Shown here: piece by piece, positions 1 through 8,375 of the stretch | How the letters are laid out: every line of letters begins with the position of its first letter | Position numbering within the stretch: position 1 is the stretch's first letter | Assembly (NCBI GenBank): GCA_035416185.1 | Contig: DAOOHL010000001.1 | Location: forward strand, 1 to 40,526 | Origin: Propionibacteriaceae bacterium | GTDB taxonomy: Bacteria; Actinomycetota; Actinomycetes; Propionibacteriales; Propionibacteriaceae | DNA: 40,526 nt | Direction of reading: 5' to 3' | Position numbers and translations under genes: made by a program | The notes under the pieces: generated by a model | Databases searched by the model: none | The model's input: only the letters and a program-made list of their open reading frames with translations | What the model was told of the DNA's origin: nothing

Positions 1-1
1 G

Positions 2-121
2 CAGGGCTTCGAGACCCTCTTCGACGGTGGCAGCACCACCCAGCTCGACCTCGAGCAGACGAAGCGGCTGCTGATGACTGTGCCTGAGATGCGGATGGTC
101 GTCGAGGCGGGCCTGAGCTGA
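2..121 (+). CDS. 3' end of a polysaccharide-biosynthesis gene, probably a CapE/FnlA-type UDP-GlcNAc 4,6-dehydratase/5-epimerase (partial)
   Basis: Frame 2 is open from the window edge (QGFETLFDGGSTTQLDLEQTKRLLMTVPEMRMVVEAGLS*) with GC-rich third positions. Its TGA at 119-121 overlaps the ATG of the next gene by 1 nt. The identity is inferred only from its position upstream of the CapF-like and 2-epimerase genes. Confidence 0.4.
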   Translation, partial: QGFETLFDGGSTTQLDLEQTKRLLMTVPEMRMVVEAGLS

Positions 122-1239
122 TGAAGGTCGTCGTCACCGGTGCGGAGGGCTTCCTCGGCTGGCACACCCGCGTCCGGCTGCACGCGCTGAGTCCGGACTG
201 GACGGTCGTCGGGGTGGGGCGGTCCAACTGGGCCTCGCTGACAACGCACCTCGAAGGTGCCGACGCCGTCATCCACATCGCGGGAATCAACCGAGCGACG
301 GACGCGGAGGTGTCCCAGGGCAACGTTGCTCTTGCCGAGGAGCTCGTCGCCGCCACCCGTACAGCCGGCATCGATCCCGTGGTCGCATACGCCAACTCCA
401 CCCAGGCGGGGAACGGGACACCGTACGGGCTGGGCAAGCAGGCCGCAGCCGACGTGATGCGAGCGGCGTACGGGGAGCGCTTCACCGACGTGGTCCTGCC
501 CAACCTCTTCGGGGAGCATGGCAGGCCGGGTTACAACTCGTTCGTCGCGACCTTCGCCCACGACGCGGTCGCCGGGAAACGCCCGGCGCAACTGGCCGAC
601 CGCCCGATCCGGCTGCTCCACGCCCAGGCAGCGGCACAGGTGCTGCTGGACGCCATCGAGAGTCCCGGCGGGCGGGTTGAGCCGGCGGGGGTCGAGACGA
701 CGGTCGCCCAGGTCTGGAACACCTTCGAGCGGTATGCAACGACGTACCTCACGACCGGCGACATCCCGTCGTTCACCGGCGCCGGAGGGGACGACCTGAT
801 GGACGCGAGCTTCGGACGCGACCTGTTCAACACGCTTCGGGCGGCGGCGTGGCCTGGCTCGTCACCCATCTCGCTGGTCCCACGGGCCGACGACCGCGGC
901 CGTCTGGTCGAGACCGTACGGTGCCACGGCGCGGGCGGGCAGACCTTCGTCTCGACGACGAAACCTGGCGTGACAAGGGGCGAACACTTCCACCTACGGA
1001 AGATCGAACGGTTCGCCGTGGTGGCCGGTGAGGCGGAGATTGCGCTTCGCCGTACCCTGACCGACGAAGTGGTCGCCTTCCAGGTCTCCGGCGACGAACC
1101 AGTAGCGATCGACATGCCGACGATGTGGACCCACAACATCACCGCGACCGGCTCGGGCGTCGTGACGACGCTGTTCTGGACCAACGAGCTTTTCGACCCC
1201 GACCACCCGGACACGTACTGGGAGAAGGTGAGGGGCTGA
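121..1239 (+). CDS. CapF/FnlB-like bifunctional enzyme: N-terminal SDR (NAD(P)-dependent epimerase/reductase) plus C-terminal cupin
   Basis: The N-terminus MKVVVTGAEGFLGWH carries a GxxGxxG Rossmann motif. The C-terminal part (GEHFHLRKIERFAVVAGEAEIALRR...TMWTHNITATG) looks like a cupin. The 372-aa length and two-domain layout match the CapF/WbjC family. It sits between a CapE-like 3' end and a 2-epimerase. Confidence 0.65.
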   Translation: MKVVVTGAEGFLGWHTRVRLHALSPDWTVVGVGRSNWASLTTHLEGADAVIHIAGINRATDAEVSQGNVALAEELVAATRTAGIDPVVAYANSTQAGNGTPYGLGKQAAADVMRAAYGERFTDVVLPNLFGEHGRPGYNSFVATFAHDAVAGKRPAQLADRPIRLLHAQAAAQVLLDAIESPGGRVEPAGVETTVAQVWNTFERYATTYLTTGDIPSFTGAGGDDLMDASFGRDLFNTLRAAAWPGSSPISLVPRADDRGRLVETVRCHGAGGQTFVSTTKPGVTRGEHFHLRKIERFAVVAGEAEIALRRTLTDEVVAFQVSGDEPVAIDMPTMWTHNITATGSGVVTTLFWTNELFDPDHPDTYWEKVRG

Positions 1240-1358
1240 CGCGTCAGTCCGCTGCACTGATCGGCCGGCCGGCCCGCGCTGCCCGGTCGAAGACAGCTCC
1301 ACCTTCCCGGCGCGCGTGCCGTGCCCCAGTATCGCTGATCGCGCCGCGACAGGGCAGG

Positions 1359-2471
1359 ATGGTGCGCGTGACGAAAGTGATGACCGTCGTTGGCACGCGG
1401 CCCGAGATCATTCGGCTGTCGGCGGTGGTCAAGCGACTCGATGCGACCGTCGCCCACGTGCTCGTGCACACCGGGCAGAACTACGACCCGCTGCTCAACG
1501 AGGTGTTCTTCGCTGACCTTGACCTGCGTGCGCCCGACATCCTGATGGGCGTTCGCACCGACTCGCTCGGCCAGGTCCTCGGCGACGTGCTGGTCGGTAC
1601 GGAGAAGGCGATCAACGAGGTCCAGCCCGATGCGCTGCTCGTGCTGGGCGACACCAACTCCTGTATCGCGGCGGTGATGGCGAAGCGGATGCGCGTGCCG
1701 GTTTACCACATGGAGGCTGGCAACCGGTGCTTCGACGAGAACGTGCCTGAGGAGACCAACCGGCGCATGGTCGACCACGTCGCCGACTTCAACCTCGTCT
1801 ACACCGAGCATGCCCGGCGCAACCTGCTGGCCGAAGGGCTGCATCCGCGTCGGGTGGTGAAGACGGGGTCTCCGATGCGTGAGGTGCTCGACTCGTACCG
1901 CGATGCGATCGCCGCCTCCGATGTGCTCGCTCGGCTCGCCCTGAAGGCAGGCGGCTACTTCCTCGTCAGCGCGCACCGCGAGGAGAACGTGGACTCACCC
2001 GCACGCCTGGGCGCCCTGCTCGACTGCCTCGAGGGGGTCCGGGAGGCGTACGACAAACCGATCCTGGTCTCGACCCACCCCCGTACGAGGAAGCGGCTGG
2101 ACGCCCTCGGGCGGCATGTCGAGGGCGTCGTCTTCCATGACCCGCTGGGCTTCCTCGACTACAACCACCTGCAGACCAAGGCCGCGTGCGTGCTGTCTGA
2201 CTCGGGCACGATCTCGGAGGAGTCGACCATCCTCGACTTCCCCGCGGTCACCCTGCGCGACTCGATCGAACGCCCCGAGGCACTGGACACGGGGTCGATC
2301 ATCATGACCGGCCTCGACCCATCGAACGTGCTGGAAGCGGTGGCGATCGCCATGGCGCAGCCCACCCGCGAGATCCCAGAGGACTACCGGATCCCCAACA
2401 CCTCCGAACGAGTCGTGAACTTCATCGTCTCGACCGTGAAGCGGCACAGGCAGTGGAGCGGGCTGCGCTGA
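1359..2471 (+). CDS. UDP-N-acetylglucosamine 2-epimerase (non-hydrolysing), WecB/CapG/FnlC family
   Basis: The N-terminus KVMTVVGTRPEIIRL and the motifs LVLGDTNS, HMEAGNRCFD and VLSDSGTISEE are typical of the family. The first ~78 codons of tracked ORF 1125..2471 are Arg/Pro-rich junk. In-frame starts exist at ATG 1359, GTG 1368 and ATG 1380, so the exact start is uncertain. Confidence 0.85.
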   Translation: MVRVTKVMTVVGTRPEIIRLSAVVKRLDATVAHVLVHTGQNYDPLLNEVFFADLDLRAPDILMGVRTDSLGQVLGDVLVGTEKAINEVQPDALLVLGDTNSCIAAVMAKRMRVPVYHMEAGNRCFDENVPEETNRRMVDHVADFNLVYTEHARRNLLAEGLHPRRVVKTGSPMREVLDSYRDAIAASDVLARLALKAGGYFLVSAHREENVDSPARLGALLDCLEGVREAYDKPILVSTHPRTRKRLDALGRHVEGVVFHDPLGFLDYNHLQTKAACVLSDSGTISEESTILDFPAVTLRDSIERPEALDTGSIIMTGLDPSNVLEAVAIAMAQPTREIPEDYRIPNTSERVVNFIVSTVKRHRQWSGLR

Positions 2472-2474
2472 GGG

Positions 2475-3067
2475 CTACCGGACGACAGCAGCGGCCGTTC
2501 GGAGGATGATCGCCAGGTCACCGAGGAAGGTGCGTGTACGGACGTAGTTCTCGTACAGGGCGACCTTGCGCGGCAGGATCTCGTCGACGTAGTGTCGCTC
2601 AGGATCAGCCGCGGCGGCGAGCTCGGTCTCCTCATGGCGGAACTCGATGCTGCCCGGGTCGGTGATGCCGGGCCGGACGGACAGGATCTCCGTACGGGCT
2701 GCCGCAGGCCACTCCGCGACGTACCGCGGCACCTCGGGCCGAGGCCCGACCAGCGACATGTCCCCGACGAGCACGTTGACGAGCTGAGGCAGCTCGTCCA
2801 GCTTTGACTTCCGCAGGATCCGGCCGACCTTGGTGATCCGGTTGTCGGACGCGGACGTCACCTCCGGACCACCCGTGGAGGCGCGCATCGAGCGGAACTT
2901 GAGGATGCGGAACTCTTGCCCGCCGAGCCCGACCCGAACTTGGCGGAAGAAGACCGGTCCCGTCGGGTCGTCGGCCTTGATCGCGATCGCCGCCGCGGCC
3001 AGCACAGGGGAGGTGATGACCAATCCCGCCGCCGAGGCCACCAGGTCGAAGGCGCGCTTCGCATCCA

Positions 3068-3068
<1 letters not shown>
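2475..3068 (-). CDS. Small monotopic phosphoglycosyl transferase (bacterial sugar transferase, PglC/WbaP C-terminal type)
   Basis: The N-terminus MDAKRAFDLVASAAGLVITSPVLAAAAIAIKADD looks like a re-entrant helix. It is followed by PVFFRQVRVG, FRILKFRSM and the catalytic-dyad context KLDELPQL. The ATG overlaps the upstream TGA by 1 nt. Confidence 0.85.
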
Positions 3069-4231
<1,163 letters not shown>

Positions 4232-4259
4232 ATCGGCGAGCCTACTCGGCGCCTCCGGC

Positions 4260-4793
4260 TCAGCCCCTGACCCGGAGCGTGGCGAGCTGCCAGGGGCGGT
4301 TGCGTCGCCAATGCTCCTGCTCCTGTGCAGCCCAGACCTCCCACCACGGTTCGTAGCCCTCGTCGCGCGCCAGCGCTCGGGTACGGCGGGTGTCGGGGCC
4401 CAGATCGAGCCACACTCGCACCGGGGCGACGGGGGCAGACTCGTGGCTGATCGCTCCACAGCCTTCGACCAGGATCGGACCGGCTGGGTCGAGCGACGTC
4501 CAGCCGCTGGGTTCGTTGGCCACCCAGTCCCATCGCCGGTACCCCGGGCGGGCGGGTCGCAGGATGGTGTCGGTCACCGCGTGGCTGGCCGCGTCCAGCC
4601 CGTACCAGCCCGGGTAGACATCGTCGAGATGCACGACCTGCAGACCCTCGATCCGAGCCGCGATCTCGTTCGCGAGCACGGTCTTCCCGGCGCCAGATCC
4701 GCCGTCGAGCAGGATCACCAGCCGTCCCGGAGCCACGGCTGCCTGCGCAACGATGGCCTCGACGGCGTCGCTACGCGCCACAGTGCGGGTCAT
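4260..4793 (-). CDS. P-loop NTPase / nucleoside-kinase-like protein of unknown specificity
   Basis: It has a Walker A motif, LLDGGSGAGKTVLA, followed by VVHLDDVYPGWYGLD. The ATG at 4793 overlaps the TGA of the upstream EcfT gene (ATGA). The 177-aa size fits a small kinase. The first 42 codons of tracked ORF 4260..4919 are rejected. Confidence 0.6.
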   Translation of the reverse strand: MTRTVARSDAVEAIVAQAAVAPGRLVILLDGGSGAGKTVLANEIAARIEGLQVVHLDDVYPGWYGLDAASHAVTDTILRPARPGYRRWDWVANEPSGWTSLDPAGPILVEGCGAISHESAPVAPVRVWLDLGPDTRRTRALARDEGYEPWWEVWAAQEQEHWRRNRPWQLATLRVRG

Positions 4794-5578
4794 GTGCCGG
4801 TCCCGACGAAGTTGAAGGTGCCCGCCACGACGGCCGACAGCACAGCCGTCACGGCCATCACGACGGCGATCGCCACGGCAGCGTGGTCGCGCCTGGTCAC
4901 CAGCGACGGGCGAGCCCACGTGCGTTCGGTGGGACCGCCGAAGCCGCGAGACTCCATCGCCGTGGCGAGCTTCGAGCCGCGTCGGATGGCCAGCACGAGC
5001 AGGGCGAACGCCATGGTGATGAACCGCTTGATGGCGCCGGTGTCACCCAGGCCGCGGGCGCGTCGGGCCAGACCCAGCATGCGCCAGTCGGCCAGCATCT
5101 CCCCGATCAGGCGGAAGCCAGCGAGGGTGCCCAGGACGAATCGGGCGGGCAGCCGCCAGACCTGCGCCAACCCGTCTGCCATGTCGGTCGGATCGATCCC
5201 GCTGAACAGCAGGATCGACGGAACGCCCAGCGCCAGCACCCTGAGGAACACCGCCGCGGCGAGCATCAACGACCCGTCGGTGACCCGGATCAGGAACCAC
5301 TCGAAATACACCTGCCCGCTCGGTCTGCCGTACAACGCCATGCTCACCGACGCGAGTGGGGCGGCCAGCAGCACCGGCCACGTCCGGCGAAGGATGAAAC
5401 CCGGCCGGTAACCCACGATGAGAGCGGCGGACAGCGACAGCCCGAGGGCAACCGCGCCGCTGACGACGTCCAGCGTGAGGAGCAGTGGCAGGGTTAGGGT
5501 CAGCGCCAGCACGATCCGGGTGACCGGGTTCAGCCGGTCGAGCCGGGTGGCGGGGACGTCAGGGGCGATCAGGCTCAT
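4790..5578 (-). CDS. ykoC: ECF transporter transmembrane (T) component, CbiQ/EcfT family
   Basis: It is polytopic and hydrophobic. The Arg-rich coupling region ARRARGLG...LAIRRGSKLATAMESRGF is typical of EcfT. The ATG at 5578 overlaps the TGA of the ATPase gene (ATGA). Confidence 0.8.
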   Translation of the reverse strand: MSLIAPDVPATRLDRLNPVTRIVLALTLTLPLLLTLDVVSGAVALGLSLSAALIVGYRPGFILRRTWPVLLAAPLASVSMALYGRPSGQVYFEWFLIRVTDGSLMLAAAVFLRVLALGVPSILLFSGIDPTDMADGLAQVWRLPARFVLGTLAGFRLIGEMLADWRMLGLARRARGLGDTGAIKRFITMAFALLVLAIRRGSKLATAMESRGFGGPTERTWARPSLVTRRDHAAVAIAVVMAVTAVLSAVVAGTFNFVGTGT

Positions 5579-7011
5579 CGGCCCACCACGATGTGATGCT
5601 CGCCGAGCACCTCGATGTAGTCGGCATCGTGGGTGACCGAGACGACCGCGTTGCCGTCTGCCAGCTGCAGCTGCACGAGCGCAACCATGTCGAGCCAGGT
5701 ACGGCGGTCCTGCCCGAACGTAGGCTCGTCGAGGACCAGTACGCGTGGCCGCGTGGCCAGTACGGTCCCGACGGACAGCCGGCGCTTCTCCCCGCCGGAC
5801 AGCGTGAAGGGGTTCGCCTTGGCGAGTCGGGCGAGGTGGAGCAGCTCGAGCAGTTCGTTGACGCGGGCAGTGATCGCGGCTGGTGTCTCCTTGAGGGCTT
5901 GCAGTCCGATCGCGACCTCGTCGAAGACGGTGGTGGTGACGAACTGGTGCTCCGGCTCCTGGAAGACGGTGCCGATTCGGGTCAGCAGCTCCTTGCTCGA
6001 CCAGTCGATCGGATGTCTGCTCTTCCGGGTGGCGAGGGTGGCAGCCGCGTCGACGGAGCCTGCCACGGGCGGCAGCAGGCCAGCGAGCGTCAGCGCCAGG
6101 GTGGTCTTGCCCGCCCCGTTGGGCCCGGTCACGACGGTGGAGGTGGCTTCGGGGAGCGAGACGTTGAGACCGGTACGGACAGGCTTGCGCTTGTCGTACG
6201 CCACAGTGAGGTCGCTTGTGGTCAGGACCGGGGCCGGGGTTGGCCTCATCGTGCGCTTGGTGACGCCGGTGGGGCGCCCCGGCACCCACGCGCCGAGCTC
6301 GGCCAGAGTGTCGCCGTGGTCACGGAAGACCCGGTCGGGCGCACCGTCCACCACGACGCCACCACCGGCGGCCAGGACGACGACCCGGTCGACGACCGGC
6401 AGCCAGGTCTCGACCCGATGTTCGACGACGACGAGGGTCGACCCACGCTCGGCCACGACTCGGGCGACGGCGTCACGGACCTCTTGCGTTCCCTCCGAGT
6501 CGAGGTTGGCCGTAGGCTCGTCGAGCAGCAGCACGTCGGGACGCATGGCCAGCGCACCCGCCAGGACGAGGCGCTGCTTCTGCCCGCCTGACAGGTGGTC
6601 GGTGTTGCGGTCCAGCGCGACGTCAAGCCCGACGGCAGCCAACGACGCCCTGACCCGCGGGCCAATCTCATCGCGTGGAACGCCGAGGTTCTCCAGCCCG
6701 AACGCCACGTCGTCGCCGACCCGGGCCAGCACGATCTGGGAGTCCGGATCCTGCATGACCAGAGCGGTCCGGCCACGTTGCGCGGCGGGATGCTGGCCGT
6801 CGAGGGTCAGCCGGCCAGCCTCCTCGCCCTCATCAGCTCCGCCCAGCACCCCTGCCAGGGCGTGGATGAGCGTGGACTTGCCCGCCCCTGATGAGCCGAG
6901 CAGCAGCACGCGCTCGCCAGGCTCGATGGTCAGGGTGGCGTCGCGCACGGCCCAGGCCCTGCGGCCGGCGTGACGCCACCCCCACCCCTCGAGCGTGATC
7001 CCGGCAGTCAC
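5575..7011 (-). CDS. ykoD: Fused double ATPase (A-A') of an ECF transporter
   Basis: It has two ABC cassettes. The Walker A motifs are GSSGAGKST and GPNGAGKTT. The signature motifs are LSGGQKQR and LSGGEKRR. The Walker B motifs are LLLDEPT and LVLDEPT. It starts at GTG 7011. Confidence 0.9.
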   Translation of the reverse strand: MTAGITLEGWGWRHAGRRAWAVRDATLTIEPGERVLLLGSSGAGKSTLIHALAGVLGGADEGEEAGRLTLDGQHPAAQRGRTALVMQDPDSQIVLARVGDDVAFGLENLGVPRDEIGPRVRASLAAVGLDVALDRNTDHLSGGQKQRLVLAGALAMRPDVLLLDEPTANLDSEGTQEVRDAVARVVAERGSTLVVVEHRVETWLPVVDRVVVLAAGGGVVVDGAPDRVFRDHGDTLAELGAWVPGRPTGVTKRTMRPTPAPVLTTSDLTVAYDKRKPVRTGLNVSLPEATSTVVTGPNGAGKTTLALTLAGLLPPVAGSVDAAATLATRKSRHPIDWSSKELLTRIGTVFQEPEHQFVTTTVFDEVAIGLQALKETPAAITARVNELLELLHLARLAKANPFTLSGGEKRRLSVGTVLATRPRVLVLDEPTFGQDRRTWLDMVALVQLQLADGNAVVSVTHDADYIEVLGEHHIVVGR

Positions 7012-7020
7012 GTACGGGGC

Positions 7021-7650
7021 TCAGACCTCAGCTCGAGCGGACCGGCCCGACTCGAACCGGGAGAGCGCCCCCGTACCGGCCAGCGCCTTGGTCAGCGCCC
7101 AACCCACCAGCCCAGCGAGGACTGCGCCGGAGATGAGCAGAGCGACGAGGTAGATGGCGTTGTACGTCGCACCCTTGGCGAGGTTGCCCATCACCAGCTC
7201 GAGCAGCCAAGCGCCCACACCCGCGCCGGCTCCAGCCAGCATCGCCGGCACCGCACCCCAGCGTCGGTAGGCGAAGAGCAGGAAGACGAGCTCAGCGCCG
7301 AGGCCCTGCGCGATGCCGGAGTAGAGGGTGGTGATGCCCCAGACGTTGCCGACCAGCGCTGAGACGATCGCAGCGATCAGCTCGACCATCAGCGCCGCGC
7401 CCGGCTTGCGGATGACGAGGCCGCCGAGGACGCCGCCCATCAGCCAGATGCCGACAGCAAGGCCGCCGAGGCCTGGGGTGACGGCGGTGAAGACCTCGTA
7501 GCCGGCGCCGCCGACGTAGTTCCAGCCCACGAAGATGATCCCGACTGCCACGCCGAGCACGGCGGCTACCACGATGTCGACCACGCGCCACGACTTGGCG
7601 GAGCTGCGGCTGGTCGGTTCGGTGGTCGACTGGGAGTTGGTGGTGGTCAT
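7021..7650 (-). CDS. ykoE: ECF transporter substrate-specific (S) component, YkoE-like (thiamine-precursor type inferred from the riboswitch)
   Basis: It is a Gly-rich polytopic membrane protein of about 209 aa, directly upstream of the A-A' and T genes and directly downstream of a TPP aptamer. The start is set to ATG 7650. The longer tracked ORF (to 7722) would run through the riboswitch. Confidence 0.7.
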   Translation of the reverse strand: MTTTNSQSTTEPTSRSSAKSWRVVDIVVAAVLGVAVGIIFVGWNYVGGAGYEVFTAVTPGLGGLAVGIWLMGGVLGGLVIRKPGAALMVELIAAIVSALVGNVWGITTLYSGIAQGLGAELVFLLFAYRRWGAVPAMLAGAGAGVGAWLLELVMGNLAKGATYNAIYLVALLISGAVLAGLVGWALTKALAGTGALSRFESGRSARAEV

Positions 7651-7653
7651 GGT

Positions 7654-7673
7654 GTGCCCTTCCGTTCGGGCAC
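7654..7673 (-). promoter_or_regulatory. Hairpin covering the Shine-Dalgarno sequence of the S-component gene (riboswitch expression platform)
   Basis: The minus strand reads GTGCCC-gaacggaa-GGGCAC-acc-ATG. The ggaaggg SD lies in the loop and 3' arm. A second perfect hairpin, CCGCCGA-gag-TCGGCGG (7679..7695), lies just upstream. No U-tract follows, so translational control seems more likely than termination. Confidence 0.4.
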
Positions 7674-7699
7674 GGGTTCCGCCGACTCTCGGCGGTGTG

Positions 7700-7797
7700 A
7701 GATTGCCTCCCTGCGCTGGCATGATCCAGATCAGGTTCGACGGTCGAGGGCGGTAGCCCTCCTCTCAGCCCGGTTCTCCGGACTCCCGTGTTCGGCA
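7700..7797 (-). promoter_or_regulatory. TPP (THI-box) riboswitch aptamer
   Basis: The minus strand reads cacGGGAGTCCggagaaccGGGCTGAGAGgagggctaccgcCCTCgaccgtcGAACCTGATCTGGATCATGCCAGCGCAGGGAgg. It contains the hallmark CUGAGA and ACCUGAUCUGGAUnAUGCCAGCGnAGGGA elements in the correct order and spacing. The boundaries are approximate. Confidence 0.85.
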
Positions 7798-7800
7798 CTC

Positions 7801-7806
7801 AGTATA
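7801..7806 (-). promoter_or_regulatory. Candidate -10 hexamer (TATACT) for the riboswitch/yko transcript
   Basis: The minus strand reads ...ggaccTATACTgagtgccgaacacggg, so the hexamer sits a few nt upstream of the aptamer 5' end. No convincing -35 element was seen. Confidence 0.25.
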
Positions 7807-7928
7807 GGTCCGCGGGCCGGACCACCCGGCGCTCGTCTCGTCAGGACGTAGCTTTGGGATACGCACAGCCCCGGGCAGGCCCATGTAGGCGTTGCCCTCG
7901 ATATACATATCGCAGAGCAAGGCGGGGA

Positions 7929-8303
7929 TCAGACCCCGTACACGCTCCGGCAGCCGATGTCCGTCCGTACGGTCAACCGGTGGTCCGAATCCCAGGCCAC
8001 CGACGACCCCTTCACGACATGTTCGAGCGGGATCGTCGCCAGCTCCGATCCCGTCTTGGCGTCGAGGATCAGCAAGGAGCTCCCAGCGGCGACCGCGACG
8101 AGGGTGGCATCGGGTGACACCGCCAGGGAGAAGCTCCTCAGATCGCCCAGCTCAGCCCAGTCACGCCGAGTGAGGGTGTCAGCATCGCGTGAACGCTTCC
8201 CGGTGGTCCGGACAATCACCTCGCTGCCGGTCACCTCACTGGTCCAGGTGGCGTCGGTCTCAAGGTCGACGAGGGTACGGATCCGGCGACTACTCATGGG
8301 CAC
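7929..8303 (-). CDS. Hypothetical protein with WD40/beta-propeller-blade-like sequence
   Basis: FSLAVSPDATLVAVAAGSSLLILDAKTGSELATIPLEHVVKGSSVAWDSDHRLTV resembles about two propeller blades. GC3 is fairly high. The start is GTG 8303 or ATG 8297. Its standalone nature is uncertain. Confidence 0.4.
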   Translation of the reverse strand: MPMSSRRIRTLVDLETDATWTSEVTGSEVIVRTTGKRSRDADTLTRRDWAELGDLRSFSLAVSPDATLVAVAAGSSLLILDAKTGSELATIPLEHVVKGSSVAWDSDHRLTVRTDIGCRSVYGV

Positions 8304-8326
8304 AGTCTGCTAACCGGAAGACCAAC

Positions 8327-8355
8327 GGCGGGCCCTCCAGCAAGGAGGACCCGCC
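8327..8355 (-). terminator. Stem-loop downstream of the ABC substrate-binding-protein gene (probable intrinsic terminator)
   Basis: GGCGGGCCCTCC-agcaa-GGAGGACCCGCC forms 11 bp with one mismatch. It starts 21 nt after the stop at 8376. On the minus strand it is followed by GTTGGTCTTCCGGTT. Confidence 0.45.
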
Positions 8356-8375
8356 GCATGGGGTTGGACAGGTGG

